A DNA stretch of 64,000 nucleotides from an uncultured bacterium (GCA_965659495.1 CBFHVR010000016.1:12387-76386), one strand, 5' to 3'. Numbered from the stretch's first letter, positions 1-8,835 are shown. Notes: generated by a model not told the origin, from the sequence alone. Numbers and translations are program-made.

Positions 1-2
1 AT

Positions 3-899
3 TTAACTAAACAAACGTGTTATCCTGGTAATGGTTATGATGTTGGAGATGATTGGAAACTAGCAGATTGGAATGGTGATCTAAATGGTGGTCACTACAA
101 TGTTATTTTTATTGATATGTCTGCAACTTGGTGACCTACATGTTATCAGTCACTTCAAGGCCCGGCGGGCGAAGTGCACCATAATTTTGAAGATAATGAG
201 TATGTTAAGTTTTTAGGAGCTTTGTCCGATTTAAATCAACCTTATTCGTGTACTCAATGGGGAAATGCTCCTGATGGGGGCTACTCTCAGATTATTCATG
301 ATACAGGAAGTTCAATCTATTCAATGCTTACTCCAAATAATTATGTTCCTGCAACAGTTTGGATTGACCATAAAATGCGTGTACATGATCAGATGAATAC
401 AGCAGGTAGTTGGTCTATATCATCAAGGATAAACGAGATGCTCGAAAGTTGTGGTGAATGTAGGATTGATGGTTCGTTAATTGAAGATTTTAGTTCTAGC
501 AATGATTCCTATCAGTCCTATTGTTGCGAAGACTTTGGTGGAACATATTATGAATTTAGTAATAGTGAAGATAACTATTGTGAAGGTTCAGATGCCACTT
601 GGATATCTTTATGCTCATCATGTACTGGTACTGTAGATACTGATAATGATGGACTGGCTGATGAATGTGATGATTGTTTAAATATGTCTGGTGATTTGAA
701 TGATGATATGATGGTTGATGTATTGGATTTAGTAGGTTTAGTTAATATAATACTAAATGTTACACAGGATACTTCTTCATGCATGCTAATTGATGCAGAT
801 ATGAATAATGATGATATTATTAATATCCAGGATGTTATTTTGGTTATTAATTCAATTCTTCGTGTTCAAATTGATTTTGATAAGTATCAAATTGATTAA
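3..899 (+). CDS. Thioredoxin-fold (TlpA/redoxin-like) candidate selenoprotein with C-terminal dockerin-like module; 5' partial; in-frame TGA (putative Sec) at 132-134
   Basis: The frame of tracked ORF 174-899 stays open back to the window edge (43 sense codons), interrupted only by TGA 132-134. Translation ...GHYNVIFIDMSATW[TGA]PTCYQS... is a thioredoxin-fold WCxxC motif with TGA at the first Cys. A downstream YVPATVWIDHKMRV resembles the cis-Pro loop/beta strand. The C-terminus has DTDNDGLADECDDC and two dockerin-like Ca-binding repeats (GDLNDDMMVDVLDLVGLVNIIL / DADMNNDDIINIQDVILVINSIL, nt 687-863). Confidence 0.65.
151..176 (+). promoter_or_regulatory. Putative bacterial SECIS-like hairpin downstream of the in-frame TGA
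   Basis: CACTTC (151-156) pairs with GAAGTG (171-176). An inner GCCC (160-163) pairs with GGGC (167-170), leaving an apical loop GGC (164-166) and a 3-nt AAG bulge. The stem begins 16 nt after the TGA. GGCCCGGCGGGC is a conspicuous GC island in very AT-rich DNA. Confidence 0.5.
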
Positions 900-929
900 T
901 TTTATAATAGTAATATTATTTAATAATTT

Positions 930-958
930 AAAAGGGGCTTTTTTAGCCCCTTTTTTTA
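930..958. terminator. Rho-independent terminator (bidirectional) between convergent genes
   Basis: AAAAGGGGCT (930-939), loop TTTTT, AGCCCCTTTT (945-954), with A/T runs on both sides. Confidence 0.8.
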
Positions 959-996
959 TATATAAAACAATTTGAATAATAAATTTGATATATCCA

Positions 997-1800
997 TTAT
1001 TGATTAAGAAAGTTTGCTATTTTCTGATATATCTGTTCAGGAATCTCCATTGGGAATAAGTGAGAACATTCATTTATAGATATTATTTTAATATTATTGT
1101 TTTTAATCTTATTTATTTTGTTTTCTGCTGATTTAAAAAAAGTGTTAGATTCATTAGCTCTTAGAATTAGTGTGGGTATGTTAATATTCTTAATATTTCT
1201 CCAAATATAATTATCTTCAACAATTCCTGTTTTGTATATTTTGTATTCCCATTCTTTTGGAAAAGTGATTTTGATAGTTTTATCTTTATTCTGTTTCGTT
1301 ATAGATTTTATATAAATATTTAAGTTTTTATCATTGATATACTTGAAGATACTTTTTTTTCTGTAAGATTTGTACATGGAATCATAATCTTCGTAAATCA
1401 TTTTTCTATTTAGAGTTTTTTTAGATAGGGGGTGCAAGCTATCATCTAATCTTAAAAGTCGTATAAATTTCCAAAAAAATATAATTTTTGGAGTAAATAA
1501 AGTAGGATCTAATAAAACTATTTTAGAAAATTTTTCAGGATGTGATATTGCAGATCTTAAAATTAAATTTCCACCAATTGAGTGTCCTATTCCAATGGTT
1601 TTGCTTCGAGATGAAAGCTCTTTAGTAAAATTTTTATGGAATTGTTCCCAATTTTTTAAGTTTTTTATATCTATTTTATCTGAAAATAAATTAAAATAAT
1701 TAACTTTGTAAGATTTATTAATTTTAGAAAATAACGAAGAATAGGCTCCTGGTGGATAACCGTTTGCATGAATAAAATGAATATTTTTGATATTTTTCAT
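997..1800 (-). CDS. Alpha/beta-fold hydrolase
   Basis: 267 aa. HANGYPPGAY near the N-terminus, a GHSIGG nucleophile elbow (GxSxG) and a C-terminal SHLFPME (His of the triad). Confidence 0.8.
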   Translation of the reverse strand: MKNIKNIHFIHANGYPPGAYSSLFSKINKSYKVNYFNLFSDKIDIKNLKNWEQFHKNFTKELSSRSKTIGIGHSIGGNLILRSAISHPEKFSKIVLLDPTLFTPKIIFFWKFIRLLRLDDSLHPLSKKTLNRKMIYEDYDSMYKSYRKKSIFKYINDKNLNIYIKSITKQNKDKTIKITFPKEWEYKIYKTGIVEDNYIWRNIKNINIPTLILRANESNTFFKSAENKINKIKNNNIKIISINECSHLFPMEIPEQIYQKIANFLNQ

Positions 1801-1885
1801 TTAATATAATCAATAATTTTTATTAAACTAATTTTATAAGTTATGAAATGCTAATTAAATTATAACTATAATTTTTAATTGAATT

Positions 1886-1959
1886 GCACCCGTAGCTCAA
1901 TTGGATAGAGCACTTGACTACGGATCAAGAGGTTGTAGGTTCGAATCCTACCGGGTGTA
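1886..1959 (+). tRNA. tRNA-Arg (anticodon ACG)
   Basis: Cloverleaf read by eye: acceptor GCACCCG/CGGGTGT, D-arm GCTC..GAGC, anticodon stem CTTGA/TCAAG with loop CTACGGA, T-arm GTAGG-TTCGAAT-CCTAC. TATAAT at 1867-1872 upstream. Confidence 0.92.
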
Positions 1960-2078
1960 CTTTTCTGTGATTGTATTATTTGTAAACTAGCTAAATTTTT
2001 GTTAAATTTCATATATATAAACGCGCAAATCGTGCAGATTTAAGTTTGTTTATTTAATTTTTTATTAAAGGAGAGAAA

Positions 2079-3038
2079 ATGAAGGTATCAGTTTTTGGTG
2101 GTAGTGGTTTTGTTGGAGATTATATAATTAGTGAACTAATTAAAAATAATTTAACTCCTTATGTTTTGGTTAGACTTGGAAATGAATCTAAAATTACTGA
2201 ATATAAAAAATGTAATATTGTTACTGGCGATATAGATAATGGTACAGCTGTTGAACAAACAATGATGAACACAGAAGCTATTATCTATAATATAGGAATA
2301 ATAAGAGAATTTAAATCATCTCCTTCTTTATCTGTTCCTGTGCATGATGAGGTAACGTTTGAAAAGTTGCATTTTGAAGGTCTTAAAAAATGTGTTGATC
2401 AGGCTAAAAAGTTAAATATTAAGAGATTTATATTAATGAGCGCAAATGGAGTTAAGGAAGATGGAACTGGGTACCAATCTACTAAGTTTAGAGCAGAAGA
2501 GTATTTGAAAAGTTCAGGGCTTGACTATACTATTTTCCAACCTTCTCTAATATTTGGAAATTCTTTTGGAAAGCAAGAGTTCTGTAAGCAATTAAAAAAT
2601 GATATGTTATCTTTACCTATTCCAGCACCTTTATTTCATCAAGGTTTTTTGCCCTTTAATGCAGGAAATTTCAAGATGAGTCCTGTTCATGTAGAAGATG
2701 TTGCTAAATGTTTTGTAAGTTCTTTAAAAGAAAAAAAATCATTCGGAAAAACATTTTCACTTGGAGGCAAAGAATTAACATGGAAGCAAATTACAAAAAC
2801 TATTGCTATTGCTTCTGATAAAGAGGATAAAATGTTTATTCCTGCTCCAGTTTTACCTGTTAAAATTATAGCTTCATTCTTTGATAGGTTTTCTTGGTTC
2901 CCTATTGCTAAAGATCAGCTTATAATGTTATTAGAAGGCAATACTTGCGATGGTTCAGAAGCATTTGAATTGTTTGATATAAAAGAACCTAAAGAATTTA
3001 ATATTGATTCATTAGATTATTTATCTAATGAAAAATAG
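2079..3038 (+). CDS. NAD(P)-binding SDR/NmrA-like (NDUFA9-like) protein
   Basis: 319 aa. N-terminal Rossmann motif VFGGSGFVGDYI. AGGAG-like RBS (aaggagag) upstream. Confidence 0.75.
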   Translation: MKVSVFGGSGFVGDYIISELIKNNLTPYVLVRLGNESKITEYKKCNIVTGDIDNGTAVEQTMMNTEAIIYNIGIIREFKSSPSLSVPVHDEVTFEKLHFEGLKKCVDQAKKLNIKRFILMSANGVKEDGTGYQSTKFRAEEYLKSSGLDYTIFQPSLIFGNSFGKQEFCKQLKNDMLSLPIPAPLFHQGFLPFNAGNFKMSPVHVEDVAKCFVSSLKEKKSFGKTFSLGGKELTWKQITKTIAIASDKEDKMFIPAPVLPVKIIASFFDRFSWFPIAKDQLIMLLEGNTCDGSEAFELFDIKEPKEFNIDSLDYLSNEK

Positions 3039-3546
3039 TGTTATAATCAATGTAATAGGTTTTTATATATGCTGGTGGTTAACTATTTATGGAGCTGTAT
3101 CAAAGTTATATTATATTGGTCCAGTAGCTACATTTATTTTTATTATCATTCACCTGGGAAAATTAACAAATCATAAAAAAGAAGATATTTTTCTATTAAT
3201 TTCTTTTTTTTTAGGTCTTTTTATAGAGACTCTTTTGCTTAATCTTGATATAATTATTCATAAAGGAATTCTTGTTAAATACAATATAGCTCCTTTCTGG
3301 TCTGTATCTCTTTGGTTATGTTTTGCAACAACATTACTTCATAGTTTTAAGTGGCTTAGTAAAAGATATTTAACAAGCTCTCTGTTAGGAATCTTATCAG
3401 CTCCTATGATTTATTTTTCAATGCAATCTATGGATGTAGTGACGTTTGGTGTTGATAAAATTATTGTAATAATATTTACATCTTTTCTATGGGGATTGTT
3501 TTTCCCATTATTTATTTATATATCTGATAGCATCTTAGAATCATGA
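3028..3546 (+). CDS. Multi-pass membrane protein (DUF2878-like)
   Basis: 172 aa with about 5 hydrophobic helices. Start overlaps the upstream gene and the stop overlaps the next start (ATGA). Confidence 0.55.
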   Translation: MKNSVIINVIGFYICWWLTIYGAVSKLYYIGPVATFIFIIIHLGKLTNHKKEDIFLLISFFLGLFIETLLLNLDIIIHKGILVKYNIAPFWSVSLWLCFATTLLHSFKWLSKRYLTSSLLGILSAPMIYFSMQSMDVVTFGVDKIIVIIFTSFLWGLFFPLFIYISDSILES

Positions 3547-4169
3547 TATATATTGTATTTATCTGCTCTCTTTTATTTTCTTCAAGTAATGAAAACTTAC
3601 TTTTAGAGATGTACGCTATTAGTGATTGGGAGCATTTGGAAATATCAGATAAAAAAAATATTTATGAAGCTGAAAGCAAAATTAATAATTATAAATATAT
3701 TAAGATAGAAAAAGAGGTTTCAAGAAATGTAGAGAGTATTTTAAATAATATTCAATCAATAGAAAATTGGAATCAAATAATATCTAATAAAAATATAGAA
3801 ACTAAATTATTATCCACTAATAATGATACTTTGGTTGTGATGCAAAAAATTTCTAATGTTATACCATTTACAAAAAATCGTATATATATCTTCAAACTGT
3901 TTAAAGTTAATTCAAACAGAATTGATTGGTATTTAACCACTGACTATAATAATTTTTTAGAAAATTATATGGATAATAACAATTATTTATTATCAGTAGG
4001 TGCTGGTTCATGGCAAATAAAAAAAATGGGTAATAAAAATAAATTATTATATAGATTATATTTAGATGATGAAGTAAATTTATCGTCAATGATTATTCAA
4101 AAACTAAGAATTAATTACGCTGTTGACATATTTAATGATATGCTAACTTATCAAACAGGAGAAAAATAA
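3543..4169 (+). CDS. Hypothetical secreted protein (possibly START/SRPBCC-like)
   Basis: 208 aa with an N-terminal signal-like segment MIYIVFICSLLFSSS. The fold assignment is a guess. Confidence 0.45.
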   Translation: MIYIVFICSLLFSSSNENLLLEMYAISDWEHLEISDKKNIYEAESKINNYKYIKIEKEVSRNVESILNNIQSIENWNQIISNKNIETKLLSTNNDTLVVMQKISNVIPFTKNRIYIFKLFKVNSNRIDWYLTTDYNNFLENYMDNNNYLLSVGAGSWQIKKMGNKNKLLYRLYLDDEVNLSSMIIQKLRINYAVDIFNDMLTYQTGEK

Positions 4170-4171
4170 TA

Positions 4172-4747
4172 ATGATGAAATATATTATAGTATTTGTGTG
4201 TGTTACTTTACTCGTAGGTTTTGTATACCCTTTTTTTAAGGCTAAAGAATTAGATGTTAAGAACTTATCTAAAAATTTTTATGATTATAATCTAGAATTA
4301 ATTGATGGAGAAAAAATTACATTAGATAAATATAAAGGTAAAAAAGTTATAATTGTTAATGTTGCTTCAAAATGTGGTTATACTTATCAGTACGGAGGAT
4401 TACAAAATCTATATGAAGAATATAGTGACAAAATAGAAATTATCGGTATCCCTACTAATGATTTTATGTGGCAGGAACCTGGCAAAAATAAGGATATTCA
4501 AACTTTTTGTAGCGTTAATTATGGTGTTACTTTCCCCATAATTAAAAAAACAGTTGTTAAGAAGAATATTAATCAACATCCAATATATTCTTGGCTATCT
4601 TCAAAGCAATTAAATGGATGGAATGATTCAGAGCCAGGTTGGAATTTTTATAAATACTTAGTTAATGAAAAAGGCGAGTTAATAGACATACTTTCTTCAA
4701 AAGTTAAACCACAAGATAAAAAAATAATTGATTTTATAAATAGTTAA
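4172..4747 (+). CDS. Glutathione peroxidase family protein (Cys type) with N-terminal membrane anchor/signal
   Basis: VNVASKCGYT (GPx active-site motif NVASxCGxT with Cys), NDFMWQEPG, and the YGVTFPI and WNFxKYLV motifs. Confidence 0.85.
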   Translation: MMKYIIVFVCVTLLVGFVYPFFKAKELDVKNLSKNFYDYNLELIDGEKITLDKYKGKKVIIVNVASKCGYTYQYGGLQNLYEEYSDKIEIIGIPTNDFMWQEPGKNKDIQTFCSVNYGVTFPIIKKTVVKKNINQHPIYSWLSSKQLNGWNDSEPGWNFYKYLVNEKGELIDILSSKVKPQDKKIIDFINS

Positions 4748-6993
4748 TGATTTTTAATAAACTAATATATCTTTTATTTTTTTCTTTTATGTATTCTGCT
4801 ATTATAGTTGGAACAGTCAAGGATGAAGAGGGAAGCCCTATCATTTATGCAAATGTGTATTTAAAAGATACCTTTGACGGAACCTCTTCAGATGATAAAG
4901 GTTCTTTTGCTTTTGAAACATACGAAACTGGAAATCAAACCCTTATTATTAGTTTTATTGGTTATGAATCTTATGAGAAGGAATATAATGTAGATGAAAA
5001 TTTAACTTTAGATATCATACTAAAACAGCTGATTACCAGAGCTGATGAGGTAGTTATAACAGCGGGTTCTTTTGGAGCTAGTGATGATGAAAAAGTTATT
5101 GTTTTAGATCCAATTGATATTGTCACTGTTGCAAGTTCACGAGGTGAAATATCTGGAGCACTAGAAGCACTTCCAGGTACTCAACCACAAGCTGATAAAG
5201 AAGGTGTTTATGTAAGAGGTGGAGATGCATCTGAAGCAAAACAAATTGTTGATGGGATGCTTATCCAAAACCCATATTTTAGTGATGTTCCTGATATTCC
5301 ACAAAGAGGTCGATTTGAACCCTTTGATTTTCAGGGTACTGCCTTTAGTCAGGGAGGATATTCTGCTCAATATGGGCAAGCATTATCAGCAATAGTTGAT
5401 CTTAAAACGTGGACAAGGTTTGGAGATTTTAATGCAAATACTTTTGGAATTACACCCCTTAGCTTAGGTTATGGAAGAGGCTATGGTAACGATAGTACTG
5501 CTTGTGGAATTAATATTGATTATTCAAATATAGAGTATTTTCAAAATTTTAATAACAGTTCTAATTTTATTAAAAGTAGAGTTGATTTTACTAGTCCTCC
5601 AGAAGGATTAGAAATTAAAACTAATTATGCTAAAAAATTTAAAAATGGTATTTATAAATATATAGGTAGAATTACAGATTATAGTTTAGGAACAAGAGAA
5701 GCAGATATAGGTTCTGGTTTTAATCTTGATAATAAAAATTTATTTTTATTATCAACTTACAGAGGAAAAATAAGTAAAAATTGGAGGGCTCAGTTTGGAA
5801 TTTCATATTCTGAGAATTCGAACGATGCTGAAATCATTTCAGAAGATTATATAGATCCATTAGATATAGACTCTTATGATGATTTATTTCAATTAAGAAC
5901 GGTATTTACTAAAAAATTTCTAGGCAGATCTAAAATTAATTTCGGAATTCATTTATTTGATCAGTCGAGTGAATTTATCAATTATACTTATGAATTTAAT
6001 GAAAACGATGAATCAGATGAATCTACTTTTGATCCACCTGACTTGGTAATGATTGATGAGTTTTTATCAACTGCATTTACTGAATTAGATTTACGTTTAT
6101 TTAAAAATTTTGCTATTAATGCTGGCATAAGGTATGAGAATTCTAAATTATTAGATAAAAGTAGCTTTTCTCCAAGATTTTCATCTGCAATTAAAGTAAC
6201 AAAAAATAGTCAGATTTCTTATGCTTATGGTGTGTATTATCAAACTCCCGATATGGGGTTTGATCAGTGGTACAGACAAAATAATTTAGATGTTGATTTT
6301 AATAATTCTGGGTTAGATTTTGAAAAATCGATTCATAATATTTTGAACTATGAGTGGTCAAAAAAGAAAAAAACAATACGATTTGAAATATTTAATAAAA
6401 AGTATGAAAATTTAGTTGTTTCCAATAGTACTGATTGTGGCTTTGAAGTTTGTAAAAATAATTTATCAAATCAAGGTTTTGGTTATTCAAGAGGAGCAGA
6501 ACTTTTTTGGAGGTCTAACCAAACTATTGATGGTATTGGTAAAGATATCTGGATTGCTTATTCATATTTAGATAGTAAACGCAAGTTTAAGCAGTTCTCA
6601 AATGAAATCATACCAAGCTTTGCATCGAATCATAAACTAACATTTATTTACAAAAATGCATTTAAGTTAAAAAATGGGGATGGATTTAATACTAGTCTTG
6701 CAATTACGGGTACTTCTGGATATCCATATTACGATCCTTTTAGAAATGAACAATTTGAATCTGATCCATACCTCTCGTTTGATATAGGAGGTAGCTATTT
6801 ACCTCAAGTTGACGATGGTTTTATGGTTGTTTTCTTTAATATTTCTAATCCGTTTGGCTATAGAAATAGTTTTGGATATAATTTTGTCGATTTTGATTCA
6901 ACTGAATTGGATTCACCTGATGAAAAGCTACCTGGAAGCTTGAGAAGTGTTTTTATTGGATGTTTTATGTTTTTTTCTGTAGATAAAGATTAA
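4747..6993 (+). CDS. TonB-dependent receptor-like outer membrane protein with CarboxypepD_reg-like N-terminal domain
   Basis: 748 aa. Signal peptide, then GTVKDEEGSPIIYANVYLKDTFDGTSSDDKGSFAF (carboxypeptidase-regulatory-like). Plug-like region ...ALEALPGTQP...GVYVRGGDASEAKQIVDGM. Long beta-rich C-terminal part. Confidence 0.7.
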   Translation: MIFNKLIYLLFFSFMYSAIIVGTVKDEEGSPIIYANVYLKDTFDGTSSDDKGSFAFETYETGNQTLIISFIGYESYEKEYNVDENLTLDIILKQLITRADEVVITAGSFGASDDEKVIVLDPIDIVTVASSRGEISGALEALPGTQPQADKEGVYVRGGDASEAKQIVDGMLIQNPYFSDVPDIPQRGRFEPFDFQGTAFSQGGYSAQYGQALSAIVDLKTWTRFGDFNANTFGITPLSLGYGRGYGNDSTACGINIDYSNIEYFQNFNNSSNFIKSRVDFTSPPEGLEIKTNYAKKFKNGIYKYIGRITDYSLGTREADIGSGFNLDNKNLFLLSTYRGKISKNWRAQFGISYSENSNDAEIISEDYIDPLDIDSYDDLFQLRTVFTKKFLGRSKINFGIHLFDQSSEFINYTYEFNENDESDESTFDPPDLVMIDEFLSTAFTELDLRLFKNFAINAGIRYENSKLLDKSSFSPRFSSAIKVTKNSQISYAYGVYYQTPDMGFDQWYRQNNLDVDFNNSGLDFEKSIHNILNYEWSKKKKTIRFEIFNKKYENLVVSNSTDCGFEVCKNNLSNQGFGYSRGAELFWRSNQTIDGIGKDIWIAYSYLDSKRKFKQFSNEIIPSFASNHKLTFIYKNAFKLKNGDGFNTSLAITGTSGYPYYDPFRNEQFESDPYLSFDIGGSYLPQVDDGFMVVFFNISNPFGYRNSFGYNFVDFDSTELDSPDEKLPGSLRSVFIGCFMFFSVDKD

Positions 6994-7655
6994 TGAAATA
7001 TAAAATTTATATAGTATTATTTTCCTTCATATTTTCTTCTGAGTATGCAGAGAGATACTATAGCGCAATGGATAAAGGTATTAAGATGTTTGAGTCCTCT
7101 GAAACAGAAGGTGAATTTTTAGAAACATCTAATTATTTTTACCGTATATCTCAGGTTGTTAAAGATGATTGGCTTTCTAGCTATTATTATGCCTATAGTA
7201 ATACAAGTTTAAGCATGATGCAAGATGATCCTGATATTAAGGAATTATATTTGGATAAAGCATTTGATATTATTTCTCCTTTTGATACTTTACAAATTTC
7301 TAATATAGACTCTATAGCGATGTCAGAAATACATACCTTGAAAGCCATGATTTATGTTGGAAAAATATTTATTAACCCAATGGTTAATGGTATGAAATAT
7401 GGTTCTTTAGCAGAAAAAAATATAAATAAAGCTATTTCATATTGTCCATCAAATCCTCGCCCCTACTATCTTAGTGGTCAATCAAAATTTTATACTCCTT
7501 CTGCATTTGGCGGTGGAATAGATAAAGCATTGCCACTTCTTAAAAAATCTTTGAATAATTATGAAATTTTTAAAGAAAAAAAATATTGGCCAAATTGGGG
7601 TCAAGAAAAATGTCAATTATTATATGAAAAGGCGTTAGCTGATGAAAAAAAATAA
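6993..7655 (+). CDS. Hypothetical secreted protein (helical/TPR-like?)
   Basis: 220 aa with a signal-like N-terminus. Translationally coupled to the upstream receptor (TAATG overlap). Confidence 0.45.
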   Translation: MKYKIYIVLFSFIFSSEYAERYYSAMDKGIKMFESSETEGEFLETSNYFYRISQVVKDDWLSSYYYAYSNTSLSMMQDDPDIKELYLDKAFDIISPFDTLQISNIDSIAMSEIHTLKAMIYVGKIFINPMVNGMKYGSLAEKNINKAISYCPSNPRPYYLSGQSKFYTPSAFGGGIDKALPLLKKSLNNYEIFKEKKYWPNWGQEKCQLLYEKALADEKK

Positions 7656-8835
7656 TAAGTACTTAATGTTTATAATCTTCTTTTTATCACTAATATTTTG
7701 TTCAAATGAAAAAGATGAATACGTAATTCTTGTATCCTTTGATGGTTTTAGATATGACTATACTGATAGGTTTGAATTGCCTTATTTTGATTATATAGAA
7801 GAATGGGGTGTTAAAGCTAAATCATTAAAGCCTATTTTTCCTTCCTTTACTTTCCCAAACCATTATGCAATTGCTACAGGGTGTTATGCTAATAAACATA
7901 AAATATTAGGTAATGAATTCAAGAATGAATTAGGTGAGTATTCTTACAAAGATAAAAATTCAGTCCAAGATGCTAAGTGGTATGGTGCTGAGCCTATTTG
8001 GGTTACTGCTGAAAAAAATAATATGATTACAGCAACTTATTTTTGGGTTGGTTCTGAAGCTCCTATTGGTGGATTGTATCCTACCTATTATAAAAACTAT
8101 GAATCTGGAATCAATCCATACGATAAAGTAGATCAAGCAATAGATTGGTTAGAATATCCGATATCTTCTAGACCTAAATTAGTATGCTTATATTTTAACG
8201 AGCCTGATCATGCAGGTCATGTATATGGAGCAAATTCATTGCAAGTAAATGAGGAGATTAAAGCTTCAAATGATATCCTAGGATATCTTCTAAAATCTAT
8301 TTCAAAATTAGATATTTTTGATAAGATTAATATTGTTATTGTTAGTGATCATGGAATGGTTGATGTGGGAAAAGAAAGAATAATTAATATTGATGATTTT
8401 AATATTCCAGGTATAGTTGATGGTGAAGGTCCTTTAATGAGTGTAAAGTTAGATTCAAATATAAATTTCAATATAGATGATTTAGCTATACCGAATGTTT
8501 CAATTGCATCATCAGCTAATAATGATATATTAAACTATCATAATCCTATATACGATTTTTTATTGATTGCTGATGAGGGATGGATGATGTATAGAAATAA
8601 TCATTTAAAAGCGTATAATAATAATCTTCCAGTTAAGGGGATGCATGGATATAGCTCGGATTATATGAATATGCATGCTATCTTCTATGCATGTGGACCA
8701 AGCTTTAAATCAGGTTATAAAATTGATACATTCGAACTAATTGATATTTATCCGCTTATATGCAGTATTCTACAAATTAAACCATATAATGATATCGATG
8801 GAAGTCTCGATGTATTTAAAACAATATTAAAATAA
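7642..8835 (+). CDS. Ectonucleotide pyrophosphatase/phosphodiesterase (NPP, alkaline-phosphatase superfamily)
   Basis: VSFDGFRYDY, FPSFTFPNHYAIATG (nucleophile Thr region), EPDHAGHVYG and VSDHGM metal-ligand motifs. Signal peptide present. Confidence 0.85.
   Translation: MKKNNKYLMFIIFFLSLIFCSNEKDEYVILVSFDGFRYDYTDRFELPYFDYIEEWGVKAKSLKPIFPSFTFPNHYAIATGCYANKHKILGNEFKNELGEYSYKDKNSVQDAKWYGAEPIWVTAEKNNMITATYFWVGSEAPIGGLYPTYYKNYESGINPYDKVDQAIDWLEYPISSRPKLVCLYFNEPDHAGHVYGANSLQVNEEIKASNDILGYLLKSISKLDIFDKINIVIVSDHGMVDVGKERIINIDDFNIPGIVDGEGPLMSVKLDSNINFNIDDLAIPNVSIASSANNDILNYHNPIYDFLLIADEGWMMYRNNHLKAYNNNLPVKGMHGYSSDYMNMHAIFYACGPSFKSGYKIDTFELIDIYPLICSILQIKPYNDIDGSLDVFKTILK

Noticed and set aside
132-134. 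Genome-wide reassignment of TGA (code 4/25-like) as the explanation for the in-frame TGA
   Set aside because: TGA clearly terminates several well-defined genes at conserved C-termini, often as ATGA overlaps (3543-3546, 16165-16168, 37694-37697, 59402-59405). The event at 132-134 is therefore site-specific, not a code change.
575-784. Antisense ORF inside the first gene. Its peptide SPSLSVSTVPVHDE resembles SSPSLSVPVHDE in the SDR protein (nt ~2320-2355).
   Set aside because: The nucleotide sequences differ, so there is no DNA repeat. The ORF lies antisense to a well-supported coding frame. The short peptide similarity is most likely chance.
1801-2078. tRNA-Arg (and tRNA-Ser at 10036) as possible integration sites flanking a genomic island
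   Set aside because: There is no integrase, no direct repeat of the tRNA 3' end, and no compositional shift nearby. The flanking genes are ordinary chromosomal genes.
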